Below are positions 26,125 to 38,110 of a stretch of 64,000 nucleotides of DNA, in pieces. The stretch is from Trichosphaerium sp. ATCC 40318 (taxonomy: Eukaryota; Protista; Tubulinea). The notes under the pieces are model-generated. The model was not told where the DNA came from. It did not search any database and worked only from the letters and a program-made list of their open reading frames with translations. The first letter of the stretch is position 1, and every line of letters starts with the position of its first letter. The stretch lies in assembly GCA_038496445.1 (NCBI GenBank), contig JALMLS010000573.1:186001-250000 (forward strand), in the 5' to 3' direction. The position numbers and the translations under genes were made by a program.

Positions 26125-26898
26125 CAAAGACAAAAAAAAAAAGAGTGTAAATTTAAACCTGTACAAATTATATTTTAATGATTCTTCTTATCGTAAGTTC
26201 ATTAACAAGTTACACTACAAACACATACCGCCTAACTCTAATATGCATACTACACCGCTGCTGTAGCGTATTGATTGCGGTTATTGTAGTAGTATACTAC
26301 TGTGTCCTTACTTTGTTTTTCTGTGCACTATCTTTTTTGTCTTTTGAAATACATAGCAAATAGACCGAATTGTCACTTTTTTTTTGTACCATCTGAAGTG
26401 TGGCACCGAGATCAGGAGACTGAAGAACAAAATCGACATGAAAAACCCTATAGAAGTACTTTTTTGCAATACCAAAACACGACTTTTATATACCTCTTTC
26501 AGCTTGTATTGTTTCACATCGATTTAAGGTGTAACAAAAATTCTCGTTAAAGTTTGTATTTTGATGATAAAATACGGTGAAGACGTAGAAAGAAGTACCA
26601 AAAGAGATTAGAAATTACACGAGACGATTATTTTCCTAAAGGAATGAGACATCTTTCTTCGTCTTTCTTTACATCAAGTTCATAAAATGTTTGGCTTCCT
26701 CATTTCATACCTCTATCATCAATCATATGTTAAAGTAGATGATGAGAGTAACGCACTTTGTATACTTACTGTTAACTGTACCAATATTAACTTCGTATTT
26801 CTGAAAACAAATTCAATGAGGAAACTGGACACGTGTACTTTGCAACGATACCCGTTTTCTTGAAAATTTAGTATCACCTTGTTTTAATTTTATAAACA

Positions 26899-27864
26899 CT
26901 ACAACTTGGCTTTTTGTTCGTATTCCGTAGCTGCTTTAGCCAAGACACTATGAGAAAAATTTACGACATACACTTTAGCACTTGGAGGGCTTGATATAAT
27001 AGCCAATGGCTTTGTTCCATCTTTACACGTGAATGAACTCCAAGGTTTTTCTAGTATGACATACTCTTGCATTATGTTGCGGTGAGTCACAGCATGGGTT
27101 GCTATACCATAGGTATACTTGTAGTCTGTATTTATTAACCACCTCAAGTACTCATAGCCCTAGTAAAACATCAGTACACGTATGCTAAATGACATTCATA
27201 CAAAATAAGCAAAGCTCTGTTGTCTGGTGTATTCCTTCTTTAGACCTCCTGCTACCCCATATAGGACGTTACCATGTTCTAATGGAATACCTTTTTGCTT
27301 CAAGACAGGGAGAGCCTCATCCTCACATTGAGATATGAATGATCTCCATATTTGCACCTTTGGTGATAAACCACATGTTTCTATCGTATCTTTAACTGCA
27401 TAATCGTAGCTCAGGATAAAACCAACAACATTACTGCCACAAAGAATGACCATCTTAATAAGTCAGAAATTGCTGTACATAGATATTTTAAAGAAAACAC
27501 TATTTTAACATGAAATGTGCTGTCGTGAACATAAGGATCGTGATTTTTAAGATAGTTTTTGTAACTTCGGAAAAACAAACTTTATGCAACGTATATGCAT
27601 CAAATATAACCATATTTGTAACGTACAGATGGGTATTGCGCTGCCTTTTCTACAATACGAGCCAAATAGGGCCTGATTTCATTACGACTGAGTTCTAACC
27701 CTCGGGCGATGGTGTTTGAGCGAATCCATATGTCTACTGCAGTTTCTACGGTTTTATCGATGTACGCAGCTGTTAAAGGTTGGGAGGATAGTTTAATTGG
27801 TTTTGTTGTATAAGAGGACGCCTACATTTGGTTATTTTGTTTATAACATTTGGTTTCGTGCCAT
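26899..27864 (-). CDS. GNAT-fold acetyltransferase paralogue 2 with PTS1 (-AKL)
   Basis: Same exon layout and clear similarity to 5965-6881 (IDKTV, RPY, YPS, LSPK.QIW, GLKK.YT.Q, IATH, FTCKDGTKPL, AKL*). First intron is GC-AG. Confidence 0.7.
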
Positions 27865-28141
27865 TGTAAATGCAGTTATATCACCGGAGTATAGTTGTAC
27901 CAGAATTGTGAATCCGTTCACACACTGCGAACTATTAATTATACGTATGACGTCATAGAGACCTTTAAGGTACTGATAAAAAGTCCAGTTGATTATAAGG
28001 GTACCTCTTTAATGCAATAAATTAGTTGTAGCGCTCCTAACGTTCCGGATTTTGAAATGTTTTATAAACTCTAAATTATTTACAGCGTACTCCTTGCCAG
28101 GATTTGACTTGAAATAGGGCTATTTTATCGTAGCGCTGAGC

Positions 28142-28639
28142 CTACTTTTTAAGAGGCCACTCCGATATGTAGAAAGCACGTGACTTTTCTTTTATGCTCA
28201 CATGAAGTACTCCATAAGGATACACTAATGTAATAGCTAGCAGAGTTGCACAAGGCCACCCTATGCTCACAAACCATCCCGAAAAATCAGGCTTAGCGCT
28301 AAACCAAAATAGGTTATTCCGGGTCAAATCCGCAGCAATCCACCAGAAGACAACGCAGATAATCATCTCGCAGTAAATAATGGCCTTTATTTTTTGAAAA
28401 ACTGGTGGTATTTCAAAAGCATGTGTCACATTTCTTTTGCCTTTCCTCATACGTACCAAATAAATAGTTGCGAATCTTATTACAATAAAGCACTTCAGGC
28501 TCAAACCAGGCAAGCTAATGCTATGATGCCTTATGTCTTCAAGGTAAATGCCACGAAGTTTATGTTGCATCGAAATAGGTTCATATATATCCAAGTGGAT
28601 AAATGGAATACAACAATCAGGATTCAAAAAACTTGACAC
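28142..28639 (-). CDS. Hydrophobic membrane-protein ORF or gene fragment of a dispersed family
   Basis: 165-aa ORF with TM-like segments. Nucleotide homologues lie at ~13675-13759 plus 14851-14870 (split by the hAT insertion) and ~19070-19190. Confidence 0.4.
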   Translation of the reverse strand: MSSFLNPDCCIPFIHLDIYEPISMQHKLRGIYLEDIRHHSISLPGLSLKCFIVIRFATIYLVRMRKGKRNVTHAFEIPPVFQKIKAIIYCEMIICVVFWWIAADLTRNNLFWFSAKPDFSGWFVSIGWPCATLLAITLVYPYGVLHVSIKEKSRAFYISEWPLKK

Positions 28640-28690
28640 TATTCAACAAGTATTTTTTGTTTTTTATTTTGATGAGATACAACAAATCTT

Positions 28691-30784
28691 CTAGTATGTG
28701 AAAACAATACCGTTGCTCTTTCCAAATGCGCATTGGAATGTTTCATTTACAATTGTCTTGAAGTCACCAGGTGTTGCGTATTTAACGCCAATTGTGATCT
28801 AGAGAAAATAAATAAATAAAATCAAAAAATAAGAAAAAAAACGCAAGGTTTTTGTATTGTGACTACGCTGTGCACTTTTCAAAAAACAAGATCCAAAAGC
28901 AGTAGATTTAGGCGAAAAGTACAGTGAATAATAATAAAGAAAAAACTAAACAAGTGGTACGCAAAATAAATCAAAAAAAAAAAGAAAACATTACACTTAA
29001 GAAAACGAGAAACAAAAAACGTACAGTATCATCATCGTAGACTCTGACATTAGCGTAATCATAAATCCATCCGTAAGCACCAGGATAATCAATAAGCTTT
29101 GCTTCGCTAAAAGCAACGTATCCACGCTTGCCTATTCGAGAAGTAAATACATAGAGACACAAAAGAAAGAAAGGTCCATTGATATTAATTATCCGCGTAC
29201 TAATAAGACCAGGTAAGAAATATTCCCATGTAGCAACATCTTGACCTCCAACAGCTTTTGGTCCTTTTCCTGGACCTCCATTGAATTCACACTGAACAGA
29301 AGTAAGAAATAAACAAAAAACAAAAAAAAAAAAGGAAATAAAAAAAGTGGTAACGCACGTTGTAGTAATAGTAGATACCGCTTACTTTTGAACCACTCTC
29401 AAGAACTGACATTAAATGTTTGAAAGTAGTAATCTCAGTTTTTTCTGACTATAAACCATGTAAGTACCCGCAATAAAGAAAAAAAGAAAAGTTCTTGTTG
29501 TTGCAAATTTTTTTGTTTGTGTTTGACACGTACAGCAACTGGACGATAAATGATTGGTGTGTGGTATGGCATGACACTCTTTCCGTTAACAAGGACATCC
29601 TCCTATGACATAGTCGTTAGTACGTGATAATAAAATGATAAATAATGCATCAAACTTGTTAGCGTACCATAACAATGAAAGCGTTCATTGAAATTGTTTC
29701 ATTAAGAATAAAGGTACCACGAGTACCAGGCGTCTTAGAGTAGATGTGGAAGTTGCTGTTTACAGGATTGTATTTGTATTCAGCTGGTGAGAACTCTGCT
29801 GAAACCTGTAACACAATTATAAGAAGGCAATCAAGGATTTTCAAAAAAACAAAAATAAAAGATTGAAACGCTTTCTTTAGAATGCGGTGTACTGAAAATG
29901 TTTCTTTCTACGCGCAGTGAGGCTGTTGGGCTATAAAATTGTATAGCATTTTTAGGCACCTTTTTGTTACAAATCGTTCACTACTCGTGAATACGCGTAA
30001 AATGCTTGGAGCGGACAAAACGTTCGCAAATGAACCAACAAAAGGGGAAGCGGTAAACAAAAAAATCAAAGTCGTACTTTGAGCTCGTTGTAGTCGATGG
30101 ACCAAGTGAGATCATCCAATTTGAAAGTATCAACTGGTATACGCTTTGGTATGTCATACGCAGTGAGTCTTACAGCTCCAGTCTGTAAAAAACCGGTCAA
30201 TAAATAATTTAACCGCAAAGTCATTTTAATAACGTAAGCATAGGCTACAACAGTAACGCCCGCGTAGGGTTGTACTCTCGTGCTCCGAAAAGTACCAAAA
30301 AAGGAATTTGATCAAATCGAGAAGTAAGGCGGACATACCTGAGTTGATGAGAAGTAAAAGAGGTAAGGTTTGTACAAAGTAGGTTTTCCTTCAAATCTGG
30401 AAGAAACAAAGTTAGTTAACAACACAATGACGAACAAGTTGGCAAACGTCATGGTTTCTTGCTACGTACGTGTAGTATGACTCTTCCAAGGCGAAAAAAC
30501 CGGAAAAATCTTGAGGAAGGTTGGAAATACGACCGTTTACGTCACCTGCAATGTGTCTAGTACCGGTAGGGTTAAAAAGCAGTTCAGAGTTCGACGATTG
30601 GCTAAACGTACTGCGAAAAAGGGTGAACTACGTTGTTGTATGCGCGTTCGAGGTCCATTTGAGCACTATTATCAAGTTTCCTGTCGAGAAAAAACCCTTT
30701 GAATGTGTCTAGCTGTGAAGCTTGTGCTAACGCAAAAACAGCGCATGATACTGCAATAACTAGTAAAACCGAGCGGTTGTGCAT
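28691..30784 (-). CDS. Secreted protein with an N-terminal CpcT/CpeT-like domain and a C-terminal VirK-like domain, ~9 exons
   Basis: Signal peptide MHNRSVLLVIAVSCAVFALAQA; LDNSAQ...HPFSQHI...FALEESYY...YKPYLFYF...VRLTAY; then ITTFKHLMSVLESGSKV...C...AVGG...VAFSEAKL...YDYANVRVYDDDT...FQC. Stop at 28691-28693. Confidence 0.6.
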
Positions 30785-32459
30785 TATGAATTACTGGTTA
30801 GAAAATCGGAGCTTGCTAAATTCAACAGAATTAAACAATGACATTTCGTTTAACTTTCTCGAACTATTTTTGCACTACTTGTATGTTTGACTACGTGTGC
30901 GTATGACATCGCACTCAATCTTATACCCATCTAATTACCCTTGTACAGAACTGTAGTACAAAATTAGAAAGATCTGCTTATTAGGAGTTGGCCGTATTCT
31001 CGACACAATCCTAATGACAGCCTTTGTTCCTGTTACGCTACAGTTTTATGTCGACTTCCACCAACTTGAAACGTTTCCGCCGTTGTACGGCCTTTATTTG
31101 CGTAAGAGAGCGAAGTGTGATTCTTTGCATGCGTTTCGCGTAAGAGGGAATTGACTCAGATTATCGATAATCTTTTGTGTCGATACTTTTTTTTGAGATG
31201 TTGTTGTTCAGGCTCTTATGCCGGCTATTTTTCTCAAGACCGACCATCCATTGCACCACTTTCGGTTGGTTTTCCGGCTGTCAATAAAGTTAGTCAGTGG
31301 CTGGAACTCATGACTAGGCGTCCATGACCATGGGTCTTGGTTCTTTAGTACTCCGTTGACAATGCTGGTGCTGTAAAAGTAGAGCACCAATACCTAAATG
31401 TAGCCACATAACCCTCCAGTACTGTACAATCAACCATCTCCCGTGTAGAATCCTTTTGTATGTTTAACATCATGCTGCCTGAACTTCACCTAAACAAAGA
31501 AGTACTCTTTTTGTAGTACACAGGGTTCATTGAGGAACATGAAATATAGAAGACCTACAAAGAAAGTCCGATTGCAATAGGTTTGCCTTGTATTTCGATA
31601 AAGTATATTTATTAACGTTGTAACCACATCTTCTCTGTATTGCGGTGAAATATTGCTTTTCATGTACTACGCCATTATTTTTCGAAATCAGACCTAAACA
31701 TTTAAATTTTTCAATTGGTAGCATGATGAACCATGCTAAGTGGTTCTTTTAGCTGCTGTGATTGGCCAGGCATGTACTCACTGATTCCAATTAAATAAGT
31801 TTGATTGTAAAAGAATCATATACAGGCTGAAGTACTGCCAGCTATTTGGAAACCAGGCAAGTCAAACAGTGCTGCTTTTGTTTTTGTAATTTATAAATTG
31901 ATACTTTGGTAACTCGTTACTTTTTCACTGCTTATGTTGTAATGCCTTGAGATATACCTTGCAAAGTCTGTGTATCTGGCCTGTAAAATTAAGAGGCGTA
32001 TTTGTATGGCTAATAGAGTACGCAAAAAGCATTCTGAGGTGAGTAAGGATATCATACTTATGCAGTGGGAATTCGTAGCTAGTGGTGAAGTTGTTATCAC
32101 CACAGGGAATGACTACCTCAATGTTGCAACTTTCTTTTACCTGCAAGGTTCCCTGGTATAACATGCGCATCATAAAAAAACAGTTGGCTAGGCTCATGCA
32201 ACTGGGAACAAAATTCGTATGTTTTTTAAGTACTGTAGAGGTGATATAAGTTGACACCCAATACCTCTTGATATTTTGCTCCTGCCATCCGAAGCAACCT
32301 GGGGTTAATGAAAACACCAATCTCTTTCTTGTGTTCAATATCGTCTTCGCCTTTGTCTGTATCTTCGGTATAGAAGCATCATATAAGCCAGCATACCTCT
32401 ATGTGCCTATTGTTGTTTGGAGTGAGTTTGAAAAGTTTTTGAATGTTATCCAGTAAGGG

Positions 32460-34765
32460 AGTTGTGATCCTTGAGATATTCTAAAGTCGTCTACGTTGTT
32501 TTGATTCCCACTATATCCAAAAGAATTTAAGAGCTCCTCTAAAATTACACCAGTTTGTTATCTGTACACCTAACAGTTCAGAGATCGTCCCCAATTAGGG
32601 ACTCTAAAGAGCTTCCGAGTTGGATTTTATTGTAAAAAGGGACCGAGACGAAATATGGTAGCTAAAAGTGTTTGGTAGGAAATAATTATTAGTAGCTTTG
32701 TGGCAGATTAGGTCGTAACCATTAAACTTAGAGCCATCTGTAGGCAACGTGTTATTTGTAATTTCATCATAGATTCATACAATATGATGGAAGAGGTGAG
32801 ATCTAATGTCGAACGAATTGTTAGAGCATTGGATCAAATGTTGAAAAGTTTCAGCTGGAAGGTCATAGAGGGAACATCTAGGATTGGGATAACATATACG
32901 TTGCATACGGTGATAAAGACATAGAGATACTTAGGTAGTCTGTGAAAGACTGTGTTATTGATATATAATGCGTGATGTTTGACTCTAAACGAAAAATCAA
33001 CAACATTCTCAGAGTTGATGTACTTAGTAGTGATGATTGACAAGTCTGTAATTAACTCTTCTCTACTGCTACCTTCTTTGTAGCGGATATATTGTTTATG
33101 CATTCAATCTTTGTTTGTTCTGCTTGTTTTTTTAAAACCTTCCAAAAGGGTCTTTTTTGATATAAATAATCAGAAATTAGCAGCGCCGACAGGGTGGACT
33201 CCAGAACCCAAGAGACTCCTTCCAAAGAGTGACAATTATGACAATATGGAGTCAGCATAGGTTCATAACAATGGCAAGTGGGACTAGTTCACTGAGAATT
33301 AATACGTGATAATAGCTGCTGTTTTTTCCTTTATCAGTCTCGAGAGTATGGCTAGGGTACCATATGATCAACACTACCTGAACGTTCTGATATTAGCTTG
33401 TAACGATGAGAATGGGAGGTGGTTATGTGATGATTGCCATCTCAATAGCCTCAAGTTCCGCCCCGTTTGAGTCCGTGTGGAAAACCGGCTTTCTATAATA
33501 ATATTAATTATAGTTAGGTCAATAGTATGAACTCCTACCATCATCTGTAATATAAAGGCAGCTGTCGGAATGTTAGAAAAAACTTGCACTTGGGAGCTTC
33601 TGCTCGTTTATGGAAGTACTCAGTTATATACTCATAATAATACCTAAACTATAGCACTGCATCGAGCGTTCTAAAAGTACAAACTAAATGGATAACAATA
33701 CTTGTATTGAAGAACTTGATAAGTGAACTACGCAACTGCTATCTACCAATCAACGTTACAGATTTAATATGGGCAAAGGGTATTGGCTGTACATACCAGG
33801 TTTTACGGACTTTTGAGACTAAGGGAGGTCACTCGGAAAAGTTGTTGGTTTTCGGATAGTGTTATTTTGACTTTAGTAAAAGAAAGGCCTTAGGATTCGT
33901 GACCAAGGGTCAAGCCAAGAGATAGGTTCTTCTCTAATCTGGTGTTGTTGTTTGCACGTTAGTGATCTAATGCTATTTTTGTATAAATTGACATATGAAT
34001 ACCGCATTCAGATTAGTGAATCTAATACGAGATTGCTACCTGGTTTATGAGCTGTATTTTTTGACCAGTGGTAAAGTAATTAGTGTTAACTAAAGAGACC
34101 GTAGACATAAAAGACAAGCTAAGCTCTTTGAACTGTTATGTAAAATATTATGTTGGTTAGTATTCCCTGGTATTTGTACGATTCTGAGGCTTTAAAATAG
34201 GGATGAGCGTATCTTTCCAAAAGAGTGGATTGCTTCTGATAGATATATTATTCTCTTCGGTGTTGGATGTAACTGTGGATTTTTCCGTGTTACCTTGAGT
34301 TATAGAAGTCGCAACAATTGGGTAGTGTATCATAAAGTTTTTGAATGTTTTCAAGGTTATTTGCTAGTAGTCGTCTATGTATGCAATGACTGATGTTACG
34401 TCGCCATGTGAATCCATGCACCCAACGTTCTGTGAGTTTAGCTGGTGAAGAAGGGTTAATAGTTAACTTGTGATACATTGACATGGCTTTCCTTGTACTT
34501 GCTAAATCTGTGCCATACAAGTCTTTTGTTGATTGCCCAGTAAGTTATCGAATCATACGCTTTCCTAAGGTCTATATAAAGAGCATAACAGTTGTTGCCT
34601 GTGTTTTTAGCGTCTCGGATAATCGAAAAGAATTGCTTCTGTGCCATGTGAATTGATTTGCCTTTAATAAAGCCAAATTGTGATGGTGACATGATTTTTC
34701 CCTTGATGGCAAAGCTCTCCAATGTGTCAGTTTGCATTCTAGAGTATATTTGGTACAAAGAATTT
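32460..34765 (-). mobile_element. Heavily decayed non-LTR retrotransposon (RT region and 3' part)
   Basis: RT motifs MSPSQFGFIKGKS and LYIDLRKAYDSI survive. Many stops and frameshifts downstream. Confidence 0.7.
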
Positions 34766-35400
34766 TGTTTATTGTTTAGTGTCTGGGGTTGACTTATCAG
34801 GGCGCAGATAAGGCCACTTGGAGATAGTCGCCACACCATCCGACATGGCTATACCCTTTACAATAAAGCAGCCAAAAGAAAAGTTGGAGGAAAAATAGTG
34901 AAACCTTCCCTTGCTGGAAAAAGCCCCCTTGGCGTAAAAACCTGTACACAATCTCCATTCCAAGCACATTTTTGACACTCCATCTTCCCTCATTTCCATT
35001 TCCCCTTACGCATTACAATCCTTTTTTTTCCTGGTGGATTTCCATCTGTTTCTTCCAGTAGTTCTACATCTCGTTTCTGAACTTCGCTTCTGTGGTACAC
35101 CGTACTTTATATTTACAGTGCAGTAATGTGATATATGCCATATTGATAATCCTAGTAGCTGCTTCCGCTTTAGCGTTCTCCAGACCCAGCATGTTCGCTA
35201 CCGTCTCCGCCATTCCCTTCATAACCCATTTGTGATCTGATAGTTCTTCAGCCCTATCGACCATAGGCAACCCTGGTACATTACGTTGACATAGCATTCT
35301 CCGCTCGCGCTTGACCATGAGGGCTGTTGGCAAAGGAAGGAAGTAAATCCGTGCTGGTTGGGTTTTTTGAACAGAATTTTCTCAAACACGTTAGCGAGTA
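34766..35400 (-). mobile_element. 5'-truncated 3' end of the RNase H LINE family seen at 60619-62607, inserted in or next to the older LINE
   Basis: WVMKGMAETVANMLGL...KYKVRCTTEAK matches WVMKGMMERVANVLGL...KYKARCTMEAK. Shared 3' UTR ...CTGCGCCCTG..AAGTCAAC.CCAGACA.TAAACAATAAACAAA. Confidence 0.85.
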
Positions 35401-35559
35401 TCATAAATACATGGTTTGTGTTAATGTGTAGTTTTTAGTGCAATCATACCTTTTTTATTCCCCTACAGCTCTTCGATGCTTTCTTTGGTTTGTGTAGGGT
35501 GTACATGCACACCTGATAAATACTATGGTCATTTTGCTCATTTGCTTGAGTTATTGTTT

Positions 35560-35790
35560 TTCGTTGCCATTGAAATATCACTTGCACTTAAGGTACCTAA
35601 GGTCATGTGATACGTATATATTGCTGATGGCACCTGCATCCCAAACTAAAGTGACATGTAAACAGGTTCACATTGTGCTAGTTCTCTCAGAACTGTCAAG
35701 TCTTGTAAGGTCTGAAAGAAGTTGCAAGTTTTTGCTAGAAATAGAAACTGGCAAAAAATAACTTGAATGACACTGACAATACTCTGTGTT
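35560..35790. mobile_element. Partial copy (one end) of the MITE family at 55530-56046
   Basis: Shares TTAAGGTACCTAAG.TCAT, GTTCACATTGTG.TAG and AACTTGAATGA....GACAATA with 55886-56042. Confidence 0.55.
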
Positions 35791-35913
35791 TAGATGCTAT
35801 TTAATCGAGAGTAGAATAAATAGCCTCGATAGATAGTTGCCACGCAGTGGCAACATGCAAAGCATAGAGAAAATAAAGATTCCAAGTTAAGTCCCTTATT
35901 GTCTGAATCTCCA

Positions 35914-36420
35914 TTAACCCTTCACAGATTTAGCTATAATTTACTGTGAGTACTCAACACACCCATTTCTACACTTTAGGTAGCGCTAAATATTTTTTCC
36001 GCTAAATAGAATTGCGTTTTTTTCTTTAAAATAAGCGACTTTTCACGCTCAGCTAACCCCTCTTCAATTCCGCTGTAAACTTCCACCAAACACGTATTTA
36101 CAGTCTTAAATGGTAAAGTATGGCTTAAAAAGTTATTGCACAGCACACAACACAGAATTTTGAAAAAAACATAATAATGTTTACGGTAAACACAAAAAAA
36201 GTACAAGTTTTTGATAAGCAAAAAATAACACTTAAAAATTACTTTTTTTCCCCAAAAACTGGACAGCTTATAAAATTCATAGATGGGTGCCATGGGCCGT
36301 GATGAAATGAACATAAATAATTTTTCATACAAGTAATGTAAAAAATGCTTACTGCTTAATTCGGAAGCAATGTGGAAAAAGCACGTGTCTATCATATCGT
36401 GTGGGTGTTGAGGTCATGTG
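35914..36420 (-). mobile_element. Possible diverged piggyBac terminal fragment
   Basis: Starts TTAA|CCCT. Patchy similarity to the reverse complement of 51500-51969. Confidence 0.35.
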
Positions 36421-37309
36421 GTTTAAAGTGCTAACAAAAAATCAGGTTAAAAAAACAGTTTTTTGTCAATATAGGACTCCACCTACCTGAGATTGATAAC
36501 TAAACTGCCAAACCTTGCTACAAGAGCAAGGTTGTGTCTAGTAGCAACTAGTGTGTAATCACAGGTACGCACACTCAGGGATATAGATCATCAATCAATG
36601 TATTACGGCACCTCAAGTGCCAAGTGATTGACTATTGCTGTAAAACCAGTTCTGGTATCCCCTCCTCGTTCTGTGTTTCCCTCCTATTTCAATCATAGAC
36701 TACCAAACCCGATCTCATACTCACAAGCATGGTGACAGAAAATAGTTCTCGTATCTACCCCTCCTAGTAAAATGTGTATTCCACATTATTCAATCATAAA
36801 AAAACCATTCAACGCTGATCTATCACGGATAGGTGAAAAATCAATCTGTGTTTTTAATAAAAGTTGTTTAAACACCCCAAATCGCATTGTTATCCTCTAT
36901 TGTTAACCTTTATGGAGAATCAATCAGACATGAATGAAACAGACAATAAAGGACAATTCACGTGCTCGTAAAACGCCATGGAACCGTATAGCAGCACTTT
37001 GTGGGAGTTAGACAACCAGTCAACTCGCAAACTTCTCAACAGTTTACTGTCAGGTAAAATAGGTATGAATAATTAATGAATTTTTAAACTCATAAATACT
37101 AGTGAATAGTGCTGTATTTGAATATTCATATTATTCACCATTCATATCAGAACTGCCACTTTAAAGAACCCTGTGCTATTATTTTCAAAAGGTGCATAAA
37201 GTTGAGTAAAGGCCTACTGCAATTTTTTTTTACCCATATTGTAAACTCTTGCTCAAAGGCCACCAGCTGGCTATACTTGAGTTGTTGGGAACCACTCACA
37301 TAGCTATTA

Positions 37310-37660
37310 ATAACCAAATCTATAGTGACAAGACTCAAGATGAGTGTTTTTTCATTCTTTCCTAAATATCATGTGAACAATCATGGTTTATAATTTTAAG
37401 TGTAAGAAGTAGGTATGAGAGGACACATAGTACTTTTGTAACATACTGTGAAGTATATCCCTTACCAAAGTAACCAGCATCCAACAAACTTTGAAATTCC
37501 AAAACCATCCTTACAATACTGTAAGCTGATTTCATGGACAATATACATCACTGGTGACTGGACAAGAGTTTTAATGTAAGATGGTTTTGAACTAGAGTTA
37601 CAAGAAGCAAATAATAAGGTTGATAAAACTAGAGAAGAGCTATGCAAACATGAACAAACT
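37310..37660 (-). pseudogene. Decayed duplicate of part of the ankyrin gene's C-terminal region (42950-43330)
   Basis: Shared blocks AGTGACAAGACTCAA, TACTGTGAAGTA.ATCCCTT, CCAAAACCA.CC.TTACAATACTGTAAGC. Confidence 0.6.
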
Positions 37661-37844
37661 TAAAAGGAACATATTGTAACTGCATAAATTACTGCAGCGA
37701 TGAACCTGCAATGGCCACCATAACGACTAAAAGGCTGGGATATCAGCATGTAAATACTATTATTACCGTCGGTATCTTTGAATGGTCAGTGTGCTCAAAT
37801 AAATCCATAACATGCTGCCAATGACACAACAATTTTCACAGCGA

Positions 37845-38110
37845 AAATACAGAAAAAAATAAGAAAGGTAAATTTTATGGCAAACACGGTCAAGTTCAGT
37901 TCTGATTTTTTCGACAACAGATCTACATGTCAATGCACATGTTTTGTATTTTCAACGAGAAAAAGATTTATAAACATTCCTCGTTTTTGGCTCAAAAAAA
38001 CCAGAAAGAAGTCCTCACAGCTGTCTCGAAAAATCGATTTTTGACCTGATTCTTTGCACACTAATGCGACATGTATATGTGCGTATAAAACTGTAATAAA
38101 AATATTTTCG
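37845..38110. mobile_element. Partial, diverged copy of the foldback element at 40977-41428
   Basis: ACAGAAAAAAATAAGAAAGGTAA..TTTATGGCAAACACGGTCAAGTTCAGTTCTGATTTTTT is shared with ~41157-41218, and similarity continues into the right arm. Confidence 0.75.

Noticed and set aside
30950-32460. Minus-strand ORF fragments
   Set aside because: Coding-like but interrupted, and no family could be assigned.
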